The position numbers were made by a program, and so were the translations under genes. Below the pieces are notes generated by a model. The model worked only from the letters and a program-made list of their open reading frames with translations, had not been told where the DNA came from and searched no databases. Below, piece by piece: positions 34,749 through 45,826 of a DNA stretch of 64,000 nt; the stretch's first letter is position 1; the number at the start of each line of letters is the position of its first letter. Location of the stretch: contig JAESRE010000014.1 in assembly GCA_016764775.1 (NCBI GenBank), forward strand, positions 21,771 to 85,770, in the 5' to 3' direction. This stretch comes from Alphaproteobacteria bacterium (GTDB taxonomy: Bacteria > Pseudomonadota > Alphaproteobacteria > Micavibrionales > Micavibrionaceae).

Positions 34749-34824
34749 TGGTGATCGCGCAGGGATTCGAACCCTGGACCTACTGATTAAAAGTCAGTTG
34801 CTCTACCAGCTGAGCTACGCGATC
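34749..34824 (-). tRNA. tRNA-Lys (anticodon UUU)
   Basis: 76-nt cloverleaf. Acceptor GATCGCG/CGCGATC; D arm GCTC-AGCTGGTA-GAGC; anticodon stem ACTGA/TCAGT with loop CTTTTAA. T arm CAGGG-TTCGAAT-CCCTG; discriminator A; encoded CCA. Confidence 0.9.
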
Positions 34825-34920
34825 ATCTTGAAAATGGTGCGGAAACACCAAGATTTTGCAGCAACATATGGATTTCAGACACAAAGGTCAAGCTTTTCTA
34901 ATGCTCAATATGGGGCTGTT

Positions 34921-35427
34921 TTAATCTGAAAATTTGGAGCTTAGCATTTCAGCCACATGCGGCGTGACAAACTCGTCGACATTTCCACCTAAGGAGCTGA
35001 TTTCCTTAACAAAACTAGCAGACACAAATTGCCATTTATCCGAAGCCATCAAAAACACCGTCTCCAGTTCGGGATCAAGTTTGGCGTTCATACCGGTTAA
35101 CTGGAATTCATATTCAAAATCAGAAACGGCGCGCAAACCTCTGAAAATGCAGGAGGCTTTCTCTTCCTGCGCGAAATCCACAAGAAGCGTATCAAATCCG
35201 TGGACTTCTATAACACAGCCCTTTTCATTCATATTTTTGATATCGGTTTTGACCATCTCCATGCGCTCATCAAAGCTAAACAATGGCCCTTTGCGGCTAT
35301 TCACTGCCACACCGATGATGAGCCTGTCCACCATCTTGCTGGCGCGCTGAATCAGGTGCAGGTGCCCTTTGGTAACGGGGTCGAAAGTTCCCGGGTAAAC
35401 ACCTGTCAAAAATTTTCCGTTTTTCAT
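34921..35427 (-). CDS. coaD: phosphopantetheine adenylyltransferase
   Basis: 168 aa with GVYPGTFDPVTKGHLHLIQRA (T/HxGH motif) and a conserved C-terminal SSLVKEI-like ASFVKEIS. Confidence 0.9.
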   Translation of the reverse strand: MKNGKFLTGVYPGTFDPVTKGHLHLIQRASKMVDRLIIGVAVNSRKGPLFSFDERMEMVKTDIKNMNEKGCVIEVHGFDTLLVDFAQEEKASCIFRGLRAVSDFEYEFQLTGMNAKLDPELETVFLMASDKWQFVSASFVKEISSLGGNVDEFVTPHVAEMLSSKFSD

Positions 35428-35502
35428 AGTCCGAACTTTTTATTCAATTATGCGTTGGTTTAAATGCCATACAAAAAAAATGGCCAAAAAGAAAGATAGA
35501 TC

Positions 35503-35712
35503 ATGTCATTCAGACCATTTACATTTTTAGTTACCCTACCCGCTATCACACTTTTAGTCGCAGGTAGCAGTCTGGTGCTGGCTTTCAGCCGTATGCCACC
35601 GGCCGAAAATATTGTCGGCATGAGTGATATGTACGAAGTCGCCGAAACAGAAAAAGGCATAGACCTCAACAAAGACGGCGAGCGCTTGGCTATGCTCGAC
35701 ACAAAAAGCTAG
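35503..35712 (+). CDS. possible small secreted protein
   Basis: 69-aa ORF between coaD and gyrA with a signal-like N-terminus. Weak RBS, so uncertain. Confidence 0.3.
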   Translation: MSFRPFTFLVTLPAITLLVAGSSLVLAFSRMPPAENIVGMSDMYEVAETEKGIDLNKDGERLAMLDTKS

Positions 35713-35715
35713 AGC

Positions 35716-38505
35716 TTATTCTTCGCCCGAATCTTCTTCGGGTGCAGCTTTCTCTTCAGCGTCTTCAGATGCCTCTACAGCTTCCGCAGTCCCTTCGAGA
35801 GCCTCTTCGCCCTCGGCCACATCAGCATCTTCGTCTTCATCTTCCTGAATAAGCCACGCGACAGAAACCACATTCTCATTATCAGCAACCTTGAACACCG
35901 TCACACCTTGGGCGCTACGTCCCGTTACACGGATGTTTTCGACCGGTGTGCGGATCAGTTTCCCCTGGTCGGTCACCAGCATGATCTGGTGGCTGTCGGT
36001 GACCGGGAATGTCGCAACAACTTCACCACCGTTTTTCTTGGTCAGGTTCATGTTGGTAACGCCCTGCCCGCCACGTCCGGAGACACGGTACTCGTAGGCT
36101 GATGTGCGCTTACCGTACCCCTTGTTGGAAATGGTCAGAACAATCTGCTCTTTCTCCAGCAATTCGCGGAAGCGGTCCTCGGACAGTTCCAGATCCGTTT
36201 CCTCATATTCGAAACCTTCGTCGTCACTGCCGACAATCTGTGAGGCCGCTTTGAGGTAAGCGTTACGTTCATCAGGCGTGATATCGACATGCTTGAGGAT
36301 AGACATAGAGATAACCTCGTCGTCCTTGTCCTTCATCTTCACGCCGCGAACACCTGTGGATGTACGGCCCGAGAAGACACGAATATCGTTTACAGGGAAA
36401 CGGATCGCCTTACCGAGCTTGGTCGCCAACATGACGTCTTCATCCTCTGTACAAATCTTAACCGAAACCAGTTTCTCGTCATCGCCCAGCTTCATGGCAA
36501 TCAAACCGTTTGCACGGATATTCTTGAAATCGGAAAGCTTATTACGGCGAACCGAGCCATGCGAAGTCGCGAACATGATGTCCAACTCTTTCCAGCGTTC
36601 CTCATCTTCCGGCAAGCGCATGTAAACCGAAACGGTTTCATCCTTTTCCAGCGGCAGAAGGTTCACGAGCGCCTTACCCTTTGATGTCGGGTTACCCAGC
36701 GGCAGCTGGAAGACCTTCATACGGTGAACGATACCGCGACTGGTAAAGAACAGGATCGGCGTGTGGGTGGAGGCCACAAACAGGTCGGATACGAAATCCT
36801 CATCTTTTGTGCTCATACCCGAACGACCTTTACCACCTCGGCGTTGCGCACGGTATGTGTCGAGAGGAACACGCTTGACGTAGCCGCCGCCCGTAATGGT
36901 CACGACCATATCTTCACGTTGGATCAGGTCTTCGATATCCATTTCGAATTCAGCGTCACACAGCTCCGTACGGCGCGGTGTGCCGAATTTGTCTTTAACG
37001 TCCTGAAGCTCTTCAACCAGAACCTCCAGCAATTTGGCACGGTCGGCCAGAATCGCGAGGTATTCGGCAATCTTGTCTGTGATCTCTTTCAGTTCACCGG
37101 CGATCTTGTCACGCTCCAGCCCTGTCAGACGGTGCAGGCGCAAATCAAGAATAGCTTTGGCCTGAACTTCGGACATCTGGTATGTGCCATCATCGTTCAG
37201 AGGGTGTTCGGGATCGTCGATCAATTCGATTAGCGGTGCAACATCCTTGGCGGGCCATGCTTTCGCCAGCAGGCCTTCTTTCGCATCGGCGGGGCTCGGC
37301 GCATTACGGATTAAGGCAATGATTTCATCAATATTGGCCACAGCCACAGCCAGACCGGCCAACACATGGGCACGGTCGCGGGCTTTGCCGAGTTCATAAA
37401 CCGTACGGCGGGTAATGACGTCTTCGCGAAATTTCACGAAGGCTTTGATCATGTCCTTGATCAGCATCATCTGCGGCTTGCCGTTATGCAGCGCCACCAT
37501 GTTGCAGGCAAAGTTGGTTTGCAGAGCCGTGTGTTTAAACAGCTGGTTCAGCACGACATCGGCGTTGGCGTTCGTTTTCAGTTCGATCACGATGCGCACA
37601 CCCTGACGGTCGGATTCATCGCGGATTTCGGCAATATCTTCGACGATTTTCTCGCGGCCGACTTCGCCCAGACGTTCGAGCAACTTACCTTTGTTCACCT
37701 GATACGGCACTTCATGAACGATGATGGCTTCGCGCTTGCCGATTTCCTCAACGGAGGTTTTGGCACGCATCACAACGGAGCCGTTGCCCGTATGATAGGC
37801 TTTGTGAATGCCGTTCTTACCCATGATCTGCGCCCCTGTCGGGAAGTCAGGTCCGGGAATAATCTCCAGAATTTCTTCGGTCGTCAGCGCAGGGTTTTCA
37901 ACCATTGCCATACAGGCGTCGATCACCTCGCCCAGATTGTGCGGCGGAATGTTGGTCGCCATACCCACGGCAATACCGCCGGCACCATTCACCAGCAAGT
38001 TAGGCACACGGGACGGCAATACTGTCGGCTCGCTCAAGCTTTCATCGTAGTTCGGGCGGAAATCGACGGTTTCCTTGTCGATGTCCTCGAGAAGTGTTTC
38101 CGCGGCCTTGTTCAGGCGCGCTTCAGTATAACGCATGGCCGCGGGAGCGTCCCCGTCCATGGAACCGAAGTTCCCTTGCCCGTCGACGAGCGGCAGGCGC
38201 AGCGACCAATGCTGGGCCATACGCACCATAGCGTCATAAATCGCGGAGTCACCGTGCGGGTGATATTTACCCATGACGTCACCGACGATACGGGCTGACT
38301 TTTTGTAAGGTTTATCAGAGGCGTATCCGCCTTCGCGCATTGCATACAGAATGCGGCGGTGCACGGGTTTAAGGCCGTCACGGACATCCGGCAAAGCACG
38401 GGATACGATCACGCTCATGGCATAATCGAGATAGCTTTGTTTCATCTCTTCTTCGAGAGAGATTGTCGGGAAATTTTCGTCTTCGGATACGGTTGAATCA
38501 GTCAT
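35716..38505 (-). CDS. gyrA: DNA gyrase subunit A
   Basis: 929 aa with the canonical N-terminus ([31 protein letters not shown]), active-site region AAMRYTE and [14 protein letters not shown]. Beta-pinwheel repeats and an acidic C-terminal tail. Confidence 0.95.
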   Translation of the reverse strand: MTDSTVSEDENFPTISLEEEMKQSYLDYAMSVIVSRALPDVRDGLKPVHRRILYAMREGGYASDKPYKKSARIVGDVMGKYHPHGDSAIYDAMVRMAQHWSLRLPLVDGQGNFGSMDGDAPAAMRYTEARLNKAAETLLEDIDKETVDFRPNYDESLSEPTVLPSRVPNLLVNGAGGIAVGMATNIPPHNLGEVIDACMAMVENPALTTEEILEIIPGPDFPTGAQIMGKNGIHKAYHTGNGSVVMRAKTSVEEIGKREAIIVHEVPYQVNKGKLLERLGEVGREKIVEDIAEIRDESDRQGVRIVIELKTNANADVVLNQLFKHTALQTNFACNMVALHNGKPQMMLIKDMIKAFVKFREDVITRRTVYELGKARDRAHVLAGLAVAVANIDEIIALIRNAPSPADAKEGLLAKAWPAKDVAPLIELIDDPEHPLNDDGTYQMSEVQAKAILDLRLHRLTGLERDKIAGELKEITDKIAEYLAILADRAKLLEVLVEELQDVKDKFGTPRRTELCDAEFEMDIEDLIQREDMVVTITGGGYVKRVPLDTYRAQRRGGKGRSGMSTKDEDFVSDLFVASTHTPILFFTSRGIVHRMKVFQLPLGNPTSKGKALVNLLPLEKDETVSVYMRLPEDEERWKELDIMFATSHGSVRRNKLSDFKNIRANGLIAMKLGDDEKLVSVKICTEDEDVMLATKLGKAIRFPVNDIRVFSGRTSTGVRGVKMKDKDDEVISMSILKHVDITPDERNAYLKAASQIVGSDDEGFEYEETDLELSEDRFRELLEKEQIVLTISNKGYGKRTSAYEYRVSGRGGQGVTNMNLTKKNGGEVVATFPVTDSHQIMLVTDQGKLIRTPVENIRVTGRSAQGVTVFKVADNENVVSVAWLIQEDEDEDADVAEGEEALEGTAEAVEASEDAEEKAAPEEDSGEE

Positions 38506-38534
38506 CTGTACTCTTTGGTTTTATGGCAGTTTTC

Positions 38535-39947
38535 TTACGTTTTCTGCGATTCTGGTTTAACATACTTTTCTAGCAAATATGAGACGCCGAAGATAGCAAA
38601 ACCTGTAATCATTCCGGGCACCAAATCCATCAATTGTGCGTTCATTTCAAGGCCGTAACGCCAGAACAATGTCATACCGAAACCACCCGCCATCATGGAC
38701 ACGGATAAACGCTGTCCCGGCTTGCCTCCACAGAGGTTTATGACAACCAACGGCGCGACTGCAGCGGCCATCCACCCCCACGCCAGAACCACCAATGCCA
38801 GCACGTTATCGCTTGCGAACAGCGCGATTGCGACGACTAATACAATCACGACAACCGTGCCGAGCCGCGCAAGCATGTAGGAATTACGCAATTGGGGGAA
38901 AATATGTTGTGTCATCGCAGAGGATGCAGAAAGCAGCAACGAGTCCGCCGTGGACATGGTTGCGGAGAATAATCCGGCAACAAGAAAGCCGACAAAAACG
39001 GGGGATAAGAGATCAGCCCACAGTGCGGGAATGGAAAGCTCGGCATCAAAAGCGCCTCCGCCTTCGGGAATCATCACACGGGCGATAAACCCGACCAGCG
39101 TCGCAAGCAATAAAACCGTCCACCGCCATCCGAGATATATACGCCTTGCATGCAGCAAGCTGTCATCGTCCCGAGCGACCATATGTCGCACCATCAATTG
39201 CGGCTGGCCCAGCACGCCGATACCGAAAAACACCCAACCCACGAAGACAGGCAGAAATTTGAACTGGAACGGATCGACCAGTGACGGGTCAATCGCCTTC
39301 AAGGCTTCATAGAGGCCTGTAAAGCCGCCGACCTCATCCATCGCGACATAGACCAGCACCAACAGCGAGAGCAGGATCATCACGGCTTGCACGGCATCCG
39401 TCCAAATGGACGCGCGAATACCACCCGCCCAGCAATACGCCAACAGAACCCCTGCCCCGACCAAAATGAAGATGTTGTAATCCCAGTCGAACAGCGCGAC
39501 ACCGACCTTCGCTCCGGCGACGAGTTGGGCGCTGCAATAGGTCCCCATAAAGACAACCGTCATCATAGCCATCAGCAAGGTCACGATCGGCAGGTCGCGC
39601 CCGCCAAGCTTGCCCACCAATGAAGGATATGTATGCGCCTTGGTTTCAATCGCTTTACGGCGGATACGATTCCCCGCGATCGCCCAGCCTATATGGTCGC
39701 CGATGGTCAAACCGACAATGGCAAACAAGGCCGTGAGGCCCGTAGTGTATGCCAAGCCTGCAAACCCAATGAAGGTCGCGCCGCTGGAAATCGTCGCGCC
39801 ATAGGACAACGCCACGAGCCATGCAGGAACATCGCGGCTGGCGAGAAAATAATCCTCGATGGTGTTTTTGCGAAAAAAGGAAGAGGCCAGCCCTACGCCG
39901 GTAAAGAAAATAAAAAACGCCAGAAAGCTGATGAGCATCACATCCAT
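38535..39947 (-). CDS. sodium:solute symporter (SSS) family transporter
   Basis: 470 aa with about 12-13 TM helices. N-terminal EDYFLASRDVPAW is typical of the SSS family. Confidence 0.7.
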   Translation of the reverse strand: MDVMLISFLAFFIFFTGVGLASSFFRKNTIEDYFLASRDVPAWLVALSYGATISSGATFIGFAGLAYTTGLTALFAIVGLTIGDHIGWAIAGNRIRRKAIETKAHTYPSLVGKLGGRDLPIVTLLMAMMTVVFMGTYCSAQLVAGAKVGVALFDWDYNIFILVGAGVLLAYCWAGGIRASIWTDAVQAVMILLSLLVLVYVAMDEVGGFTGLYEALKAIDPSLVDPFQFKFLPVFVGWVFFGIGVLGQPQLMVRHMVARDDDSLLHARRIYLGWRWTVLLLATLVGFIARVMIPEGGGAFDAELSIPALWADLLSPVFVGFLVAGLFSATMSTADSLLLSASSAMTQHIFPQLRNSYMLARLGTVVVIVLVVAIALFASDNVLALVVLAWGWMAAAVAPLVVINLCGGKPGQRLSVSMMAGGFGMTLFWRYGLEMNAQLMDLVPGMITGFAIFGVSYLLEKYVKPESQKT

Positions 39948-39958
39948 GACGACGCTCC

Positions 39959-40390
39959 TTACTTGGGATCTGTGCGCAACCGTATCAATGCACGGTCCAT
40001 CATGTTGGCAATCTCAGGGCCGATCCTTGAGTTCAGCTGCCGCTGTTTGTCGCTCGCGCTTTGTGCTTCGGGCTTGCTGTAGTAATCGACCATAGCTTCC
40101 AGCTCTTCGAGCGTGAACGTCTCGGCATACGCATCGACAGCCACTTTTTCCAACGCCTTCGGATTCATCAGGCGCTTCATGGCCGTGCGGAAGACTTCCT
40201 TATCTTCTTCGGCGGCATTGAACATGTAGTTTTTAACGTAGGTGTCGATGGCGCGGTCGATCTGCTTTTCCGCCGGGCGGATTTCCAACATACGTTCGGC
40301 CAGAACCAGCCTTTGCGCAAAATCATCGTCCTGCGCAAAGACGGTTACAGGCAAAAAAAGTATGAGGAATGTGAGCAGGCGAATAAGCAT
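39959..40390 (-). CDS. DUF2059 family periplasmic protein
   Basis: 143 aa with a signal peptide. FTLEELEAMVDYYSKPE resembles the DUF2059 core. Confidence 0.5.
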   Translation of the reverse strand: MLIRLLTFLILFLPVTVFAQDDDFAQRLVLAERMLEIRPAEKQIDRAIDTYVKNYMFNAAEEDKEVFRTAMKRLMNPKALEKVAVDAYAETFTLEELEAMVDYYSKPEAQSASDKQRQLNSRIGPEIANMMDRALIRLRTDPK

Positions 40391-40393
40391 GCC

Positions 40394-40885
40394 TTAGAAC
40401 GGGATCTCGTCTTCCAGCTCGTCCATTGGCGCGGCCTGAGTCTGAGACTGTGCAGGCTGTGCCGGAGCACCTTGGGAATAACCGCCGCTTTGGTTGTCGT
40501 TGAATGAACGACCGCCGCCCATGCTGTCACCGCTGTTGCGGGAATCCAGCATTGTCAGCTCACCACGGTAAGGGCGAAGCACGACTTCGGTTGTGTATTT
40601 CTTCTGACCGTCTTGCTCCCATGAACGGGTTTCAAGCTGGCCTTCGATGTACACTTTGGAGCCTTTTTTCAGGTAGTTTTTACAAACATTCACGAGGCCC
40701 TGATTGAAAATAACAACGCGGTGCCATTCCGTTTTTTCACGGCGCTCACCGGTGGACTTATCCTTCCAGTTTTCAGATGTCGCGACAGAGAGGTTCACAA
40801 CCTCGTCTCCGCTCTGCATGCTGCGCACTTCGGGGTCGTTCCCGAGATTACCTACTAAAATGACTTTATTGACTGAACCGGCCAC
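40394..40885 (-). CDS. ssb: single-stranded DNA-binding protein
   Basis: Start taken at the GTG behind AAGGAG, giving [23 protein letters not shown] fold, Gly/Gln-rich linker and an acidic tail ending DEIPF. Confidence 0.9.
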   Translation of the reverse strand: MAGSVNKVILVGNLGNDPEVRSMQSGDEVVNLSVATSENWKDKSTGERREKTEWHRVVIFNQGLVNVCKNYLKKGSKVYIEGQLETRSWEQDGQKKYTTEVVLRPYRGELTMLDSRNSGDSMGGGRSFNDNQSGGYSQGAPAQPAQSQTQAAPMDELEDEIPF

Positions 40886-41228
40886 GTCTTTACTCCTTAG
40901 AATCTGTGATTGAACCCCTACTATAGACCTCACCGAACGTGGGCAAAAGCCTTAATTTACAGTTATACCGAAGCAGCTTGTTGACCGAATACTGAGATTC
41001 CATTGACGGGAAAATTTCGAATCCCATATCATATATATAACGTCAACGTATATGAAAGGAGGTGATCAGATGAGTGATCAAGAACAGAGTTTAAAGGCCG
41101 GATACGGCGCTAAACCGAAAGTTGGAACGATCGGCATTTGGTCCTCCCTGAAAGGGGCGGCGCGCTAGCCAGAGTTATTCAGGCTACATAATCCGGCCTG
41201 AAACATAGTTAAGATCAAAGTATCTACG

Positions 41229-41264
41229 GAAAACCCTGCGGGAAATGCCCTCGCAGGGTTTTTC
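41229..41264. terminator. bidirectional rho-independent terminator
   Basis: Hairpin aaccctgcg-(11 nt)-cgcagggtt flanked by A and T runs. It lies downstream of the GST gene (minus) and the small plus-strand ORF at 41070. Confidence 0.65.
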
Positions 41265-41288
41265 TGTACCAGAAGTATCTAAACGAGT

Positions 41289-41906
41289 TTAGGCCGCTGC
41301 TTTATACTCGATTTGCTCGGTCGCAATAGCGCGTTGATATGCGGGGCGGGAAGACACCGCATTAATCAGCTTCTGCGTACGCGGGCCGAATGTTGGTAGA
41401 TGTTCGAGGAAATCCCAGTTGGCACAGACAGTGGCATAAATATCACCTGCTGTTGGCTCATCTCCGGCAAGGAAAGGCTTATCATTCCGCTCCAGTTCTC
41501 GTTCGATTGCATCCCATTTGGCTTGCACGTCATCGCACGCTTGCTTGCTGGCCTCTTCTCCATATTCGGATGCAAATTTCGCCTTGCCGTAGGCAGGGTG
41601 CAGTGTCGAGTTTACGAACATCAGCCATTGCAATGCTTTGCCGCGGGCAAATCCGTCTGCGGGGATGACCTTATGGCCGTGTTTATCATTGAGGTAGATA
41701 ATCATAGCCGCATTTTCAGACATCAAACCGTCTTCGGTTTGCAGTGCCCCCACCTGCCCGCGCGGGTTAATCTCCAGATACCAGTCGCTTTTATGTTCCC
41801 CTTTTTTCAGGTTCACCTCTTTGGCTTCGAATTCAATACCAAGCTCTTCCAGAGTGACATGGACGGACATGGAACATGCGCCCGGTGAATAATATAACGT
41901 ATACAT
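41289..41906 (-). CDS. glutathione S-transferase
   Basis: Start at the ATG behind AAGGAG (MYTLYYSPGACSMSVHV). N-terminal thioredoxin-like domain with INPRGQVGAL; the helical C-terminal domain follows. Confidence 0.85.
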   Translation of the reverse strand: MYTLYYSPGACSMSVHVTLEELGIEFEAKEVNLKKGEHKSDWYLEINPRGQVGALQTEDGLMSENAAMIIYLNDKHGHKVIPADGFARGKALQWLMFVNSTLHPAYGKAKFASEYGEEASKQACDDVQAKWDAIERELERNDKPFLAGDEPTAGDIYATVCANWDFLEHLPTFGPRTQKLINAVSSRPAYQRAIATEQIEYKAAA

Positions 41907-41999
41907 ATGTGATCTCCTTCCCACCCATGTTTTGCGGATGGACTATTAAAAGTAATTCAGGCTTTGCTTTTGGCCAGTGCTGCACCTATATATTTTCTC

Positions 42000-44855
42000 A
42001 TGCTTAAGGAAATCAGCGTCCGTGGTGCGCGAGAACATAACCTGAAAGACATTGATGTCGACATGCCCCGTGATCAGTTGATCGTTATTACGGGACTTTC
42101 GGGTTCTGGGAAATCTTCTCTCGCCTTCGATACGATTTATGCGGAAGGCCAGCGGCGATATGTCGAAAGCCTGTCCGCCTATGCGCGCCAGTTCCTCGAG
42201 CTAATGCAAAAGCCGGATGTGGATTCCATTGAAGGCTTATCGCCCGCGATTTCAATCGAGCAGAAAACGACGTCGCGTAACCCACGTTCCACCGTCGGTA
42301 CGGTAACGGAAATCCATGATTATATGCGCCTTCTTTGGGTACGTGTGGGTGTGCCCTACTCTCCCGCCACAGGAAAGCCGATTACATCGCAAACCGTGTC
42401 GGAGATTGTCGACCGTATCCTCGCCATGGGTGAAGGAACGAAGCTGTATATCCTCGCGCCGATTGTGAGAGGCCGTAAGGGTGAGTACCGCAAAGAATTT
42501 AAAGAGCTGCAAGCCAAGGGTTTCCAGCGTGTAAAAGTGGACGGCGAGCTTTACGAGATTGCCGAGGCCCCAGCGCTCGATAAAAAGCTGAAGCACGATA
42601 TTGAGGTAGTCGTTGACCGTCTGGTTGTGCGCGAAGATTTGGGTAACCGTTTGGCGGACTCTGTTGAGACTGCGTTGCGCCTCGCCGATGGTTTGGTTAT
42701 TACCGAAGATGCGTCTTCGGGTGATCAGGAAATTTTCAGCGAGAAATATGCCTGTCCCGTTTCCGGGTTCACGATTGCGGAGATCGAGCCGCGCTTATTC
42801 TCATTCAACTCGCCGCACGGTGCCTGCCCGCAATGTGACGGTCTGGGCGTGAAGATGTATATGGATGAAGCGCTGATCGTGCCTGATGACTCGAAGTCTA
42901 TCCTGAAAGGTGCGGTCGAGCCGTGGTCGAAAAACTTCGCCCCGTTTTACATGCAGGCGATGGAAGGTGTCGCCAAACATTACGGGTTCAGCGTCGCCGA
43001 CCCGTGGAAAAAGCTGAAGCGCGAGCATCAGGAAAAAATCCTCTATGGATCGGGTGACGAGATCATTCCGATTACCTATGAGACAAAATCTGAAAGCACA
43101 TGGAAGAGTAACAAACCGTTCGAAGGGGTAATCCCTTCCCTCGAGCGTCGCTTGATTGAAACAGATTCCAATTCCGCCCGCGAAGACATTGCGAAGTATC
43201 AAGCCAGCGCGTGGTGCGAGAGCTGCGAAGGCTACCGACTAAAACCCGAAGCCTTGGCCGTAAAGATCGACAGCAAGCATATCGGCGAGATCAGCCAGTT
43301 GAGCATCGAGGATGCGGGGAACTGGTTCGACACGGTTGAAGACAGTTTGACCGAGCAGCAAAAGCAGATCGGTGAGAAAATCCTTAAAGAGATTAACGAG
43401 CGCCTGACATTCCTGCGCAATGTCGGATTGGATTACCTCAACCTTTCCCGCGCTTCCGGCACATTATCGGGTGGGGAAAGCCAGCGTATCCGTCTAGCCT
43501 CACAGATCGGTTCGGGACTAACAGGTGTCTTGTATGTTCTGGATGAACCTTCTATCGGCCTGCACCAGCGTGATAATAACCGCTTGCTCGAAACACTCAC
43601 TCGCCTGCGCGATATGGGGAATACCGTGATTGTGGTTGAGCATGACGAAGATGCGATCCGTAGTGCCGACTACCTGATCGACATGGGTCCGGGTGCCGGT
43701 GTACATGGTGGCCGCGTGGTTGCCAGCGGACCACCCGAAGAGGTGTTCAAGTCCCAGCGCTCGATGACCGCCGCATATATGACCGGCAAAAAGGAAATTG
43801 CCGTGCCCGCCAAACGCCGCAAGGGCAAAAAGGGTCAGAACCTCGAAGTCATTGAGGCCAGCGGTAACAACTTGCAGAAAGTCAGCGCCTCTATTCCGCT
43901 TGGTACATTTACCTGCGTGACGGGTGTGTCGGGCTCAGGAAAATCGACCTTCACAATTGATACGCTGTACAAGGCGGCTGCAAAAACCTTAATGAAATCG
44001 AAGGAACTACCGCTTGAGCATAAAGCGATCAAAGGTCTCGCCTTTGTTGATAAAGTCATCGACATCGACCAGTCCCCGATCGGTCGTACACCGCGCTCCA
44101 ACCCCGCGACATATACAGGCGCGTTTACGCCAATCCGTGAATGGTATGCAGGCCTGCCTGAAGCCAAAGCACGTGGGTACAACCCCGGCCGCTTCAGCTT
44201 TAACGTTAAAGGCGGACGCTGCGAGGCATGCAAAGGCGATGGTGTCATCAAGATCGAGATGCACTTTCTGCCCGATGTCTATGTCGAGTGCGAAACATGT
44301 CACGGCAAGCGTTACAACCGCGAAACGCTGGAGATTAAATACAAAGACAAATCGATTGCCGATGTGCTGGACATGACGGTGGAAGAAGCGGCTGATTTCT
44401 TTAAGGCTGTGCCGAGCATTCGCGACAAGATGGAAACGCTGAAAGATGTCGGTCTGACTTATATTAAAGTCGGCCAGCAAGCGAACACGCTTTCAGGCGG
44501 TGAGGCACAGCGTGTGAAGCTTTCGAAAGAGCTTTCCAAACGTTCAACGGGCAAGACGCTGTATATTCTGGATGAGCCGACAACGGGTCTGCATTTCGAA
44601 GATGTCCGCAAATTGCTGGAGGTTCTGCATAAGCTGGTTGATCAGGGGAATACGGTTGTCGTCATCGAGCATAACCTGGATGTCATTAAGACGGCAGATT
44701 ACATCATCGATATAGGCCCCGAAGGCGGACATAAAGGCGGCGAAATCATCGCAACAGGCACGCCCGAAGAGATTTGTAAGGTCAAAAAATCCTATACAGG
44801 TGAATATCTCAAGCCGATGCTGGAGAAGGTTCAGACTTCACAGGCGGCCGAATAA
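42000..44855 (+). CDS. uvrA: excinuclease ABC subunit A
   Basis: Start at [16 protein letters not shown]. Two ABC ATPase modules ([35 protein letters not shown]) and zinc fingers CPQCDG and CEACKGDG. Confidence 0.95.
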   Translation: MLKEISVRGAREHNLKDIDVDMPRDQLIVITGLSGSGKSSLAFDTIYAEGQRRYVESLSAYARQFLELMQKPDVDSIEGLSPAISIEQKTTSRNPRSTVGTVTEIHDYMRLLWVRVGVPYSPATGKPITSQTVSEIVDRILAMGEGTKLYILAPIVRGRKGEYRKEFKELQAKGFQRVKVDGELYEIAEAPALDKKLKHDIEVVVDRLVVREDLGNRLADSVETALRLADGLVITEDASSGDQEIFSEKYACPVSGFTIAEIEPRLFSFNSPHGACPQCDGLGVKMYMDEALIVPDDSKSILKGAVEPWSKNFAPFYMQAMEGVAKHYGFSVADPWKKLKREHQEKILYGSGDEIIPITYETKSESTWKSNKPFEGVIPSLERRLIETDSNSAREDIAKYQASAWCESCEGYRLKPEALAVKIDSKHIGEISQLSIEDAGNWFDTVEDSLTEQQKQIGEKILKEINERLTFLRNVGLDYLNLSRASGTLSGGESQRIRLASQIGSGLTGVLYVLDEPSIGLHQRDNNRLLETLTRLRDMGNTVIVVEHDEDAIRSADYLIDMGPGAGVHGGRVVASGPPEEVFKSQRSMTAAYMTGKKEIAVPAKRRKGKKGQNLEVIEASGNNLQKVSASIPLGTFTCVTGVSGSGKSTFTIDTLYKAAAKTLMKSKELPLEHKAIKGLAFVDKVIDIDQSPIGRTPRSNPATYTGAFTPIREWYAGLPEAKARGYNPGRFSFNVKGGRCEACKGDGVIKIEMHFLPDVYVECETCHGKRYNRETLEIKYKDKSIADVLDMTVEEAADFFKAVPSIRDKMETLKDVGLTYIKVGQQANTLSGGEAQRVKLSKELSKRSTGKTLYILDEPTTGLHFEDVRKLLEVLHKLVDQGNTVVVIEHNLDVIKTADYIIDIGPEGGHKGGEIIATGTPEEICKVKKSYTGEYLKPMLEKVQTSQAAE

Positions 44856-45424
44856 AACAGAGGGGCCCTGTCCCAACCGGCCTCGCCCAATTCCAAAGAC
44901 AAGACGGATGTATCAATCTCTGCGTTCTCCAAGAGCGCACGCATGGTTTTCTGGCAGTTCACATCCTGCGCACCGAATGCGTAGCGTACATACGGAAAGC
45001 GTATCGCATCATAAACACGTGCGCTTGATGTGAGATGTTGCCAAACCTCTTGCGTTTCCTCTCCCGAAACCAGTTCGCTTTCACGCGCGGCCAGTTTGTA
45101 TTGACGATTACCCTGAAGCTCCACCATGCGGTTCACCGGAAAGCTTTTCGGAAAGGTCGCTTCAAAGACAGATGAAAGCCTGGGGGCTTGCCCCGTAATG
45201 CTGGCAACCGCCAAGGAAAGCTCCAGCTTTTTCGATAGCTTGGGTTGGTTATCATTCACGCAACAACGGGCGCTCCATGTACCATGCAACTCCGACACGA
45301 CGTCTTCACCGTCCTTCATAACCAGAAAAGGATGCGACAAAGGTTTACCCAATACGCGGCGATCAAGCGCCTGACCGCGGATAACGCCCCTTTCACAAAA
45401 AATGATACTCAGATCTTTTAACAT
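44831..45424 (-). CDS. hypothetical protein
   Basis: 197-aa ORF convergent with uvrA and overlapping its last 25 nt. No recognised domain. Confidence 0.35.
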   Translation of the reverse strand: MLKDLSIIFCERGVIRGQALDRRVLGKPLSHPFLVMKDGEDVVSELHGTWSARCCVNDNQPKLSKKLELSLAVASITGQAPRLSSVFEATFPKSFPVNRMVELQGNRQYKLAARESELVSGEETQEVWQHLTSSARVYDAIRFPYVRYAFGAQDVNCQKTMRALLENAEIDTSVLSLELGEAGWDRAPLFYSAACEV

Positions 45425-45611
45425 CGCCCCTGTTTTTCATAATGCTATTAAAATGTCAAGATTTTAGCTGTAAAACAGGGGTTTTAGTCCTTAGAGCCTG
45501 ATATTTTATTACTTTGAATCAATGCCTTAGCATATATTCTTGTATTTTCCTTAATTGTTTGTTAAGGTCTACACAATCATGAACGACAAACGGTAGTAAC
45601 GGAGAAAAACT

Positions 45612-45812
45612 ATGGCAGCAGGCAATGTTGCATCAAATGTAGTGATATGGGGAGCTGTCGCGTTTACAGCATTTACTGGTGTAGGCGCTGTATTTGGCCC
45701 GGCCGCAGCAGGTACTATGGGTACAGCCGGTAACGGTCTTCAAATCATAGCCGGCACAGGTGCAGACGGACTCTCATGGGGTGCTGAAGCACTACAAAGC
45801 GCCCTCGGCTAA
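45612..45812 (+). CDS. small Gly/Ala-rich hydrophobic protein
   Basis: 66 aa behind a GGAG RBS: MAAGNVASNVVIWGAVAFTAFTGVGAVFGPAAAGTMGTAGNGLQIIAGTGADGLSWGAEALQSALG. Confidence 0.35.
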   Translation: MAAGNVASNVVIWGAVAFTAFTGVGAVFGPAAAGTMGTAGNGLQIIAGTGADGLSWGAEALQSALG

Positions 45813-45826
45813 TCAATTATCAGATA

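Larger units (their letters stand above)
19552..34796. mobile_element. about 15.2-kb integrative genomic (defence) island inserted in tRNA-Lys(UUU)
   Basis: Perfect 49-bp direct repeats at both ends and a tyrosine integrase next to the intact tRNA. An Xis-like gene and an IS element lie near the distal end. The DNA is visibly AT-richer than the flanks, and the cargo is restriction/defence-type genes. Confidence 0.85.

Noticed and set aside
35460-35702. 80-aa minus-strand ORF between coaD and gyrA
   Set aside because: The Ser/Leu/Arg-rich composition is implausible and it overlaps a more natural plus-strand ORF. Neither is strongly supported, so only the plus-strand ORF is listed, at low confidence.
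37366-38298. 310-aa plus-strand ORF (and several others between 35891 and 38050) inside gyrA
   Set aside because: It is antisense to an unambiguous, full-length gyrA. The His/Arg/Val-rich, low-complexity translation is typical of shadow ORFs opposite a highly expressed gene.
40886-40933. N-terminal extension of ssb ([16 protein letters not shown]..) from the ORF track
   Set aside because: A GTG with AAGGAG 7 nt upstream gives the canonical [15 protein letters not shown] start. The extension has no RBS and no counterpart in SSB proteins. Similar trimming was applied to the GST, uvrA, ompW and integrase genes.
40886-41999. LexA/SOS box (alphaproteobacterial GAAC-N7-GAAC / GTTC-N7-GTTC) upstream of ssb or uvrA
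   Set aside because: I looked for it in both upstream regions. Only the partial GAACgtgggcaAAAG was found, with no second half-site.
44831-44855. 25-nt convergent overlap of uvrA and the 197-aa ORF as a regulatory feature
   Set aside because: The 197-aa ORF is itself of uncertain reality (no domain, weak start context). The overlap may simply reflect an over-extended hypothetical ORF.
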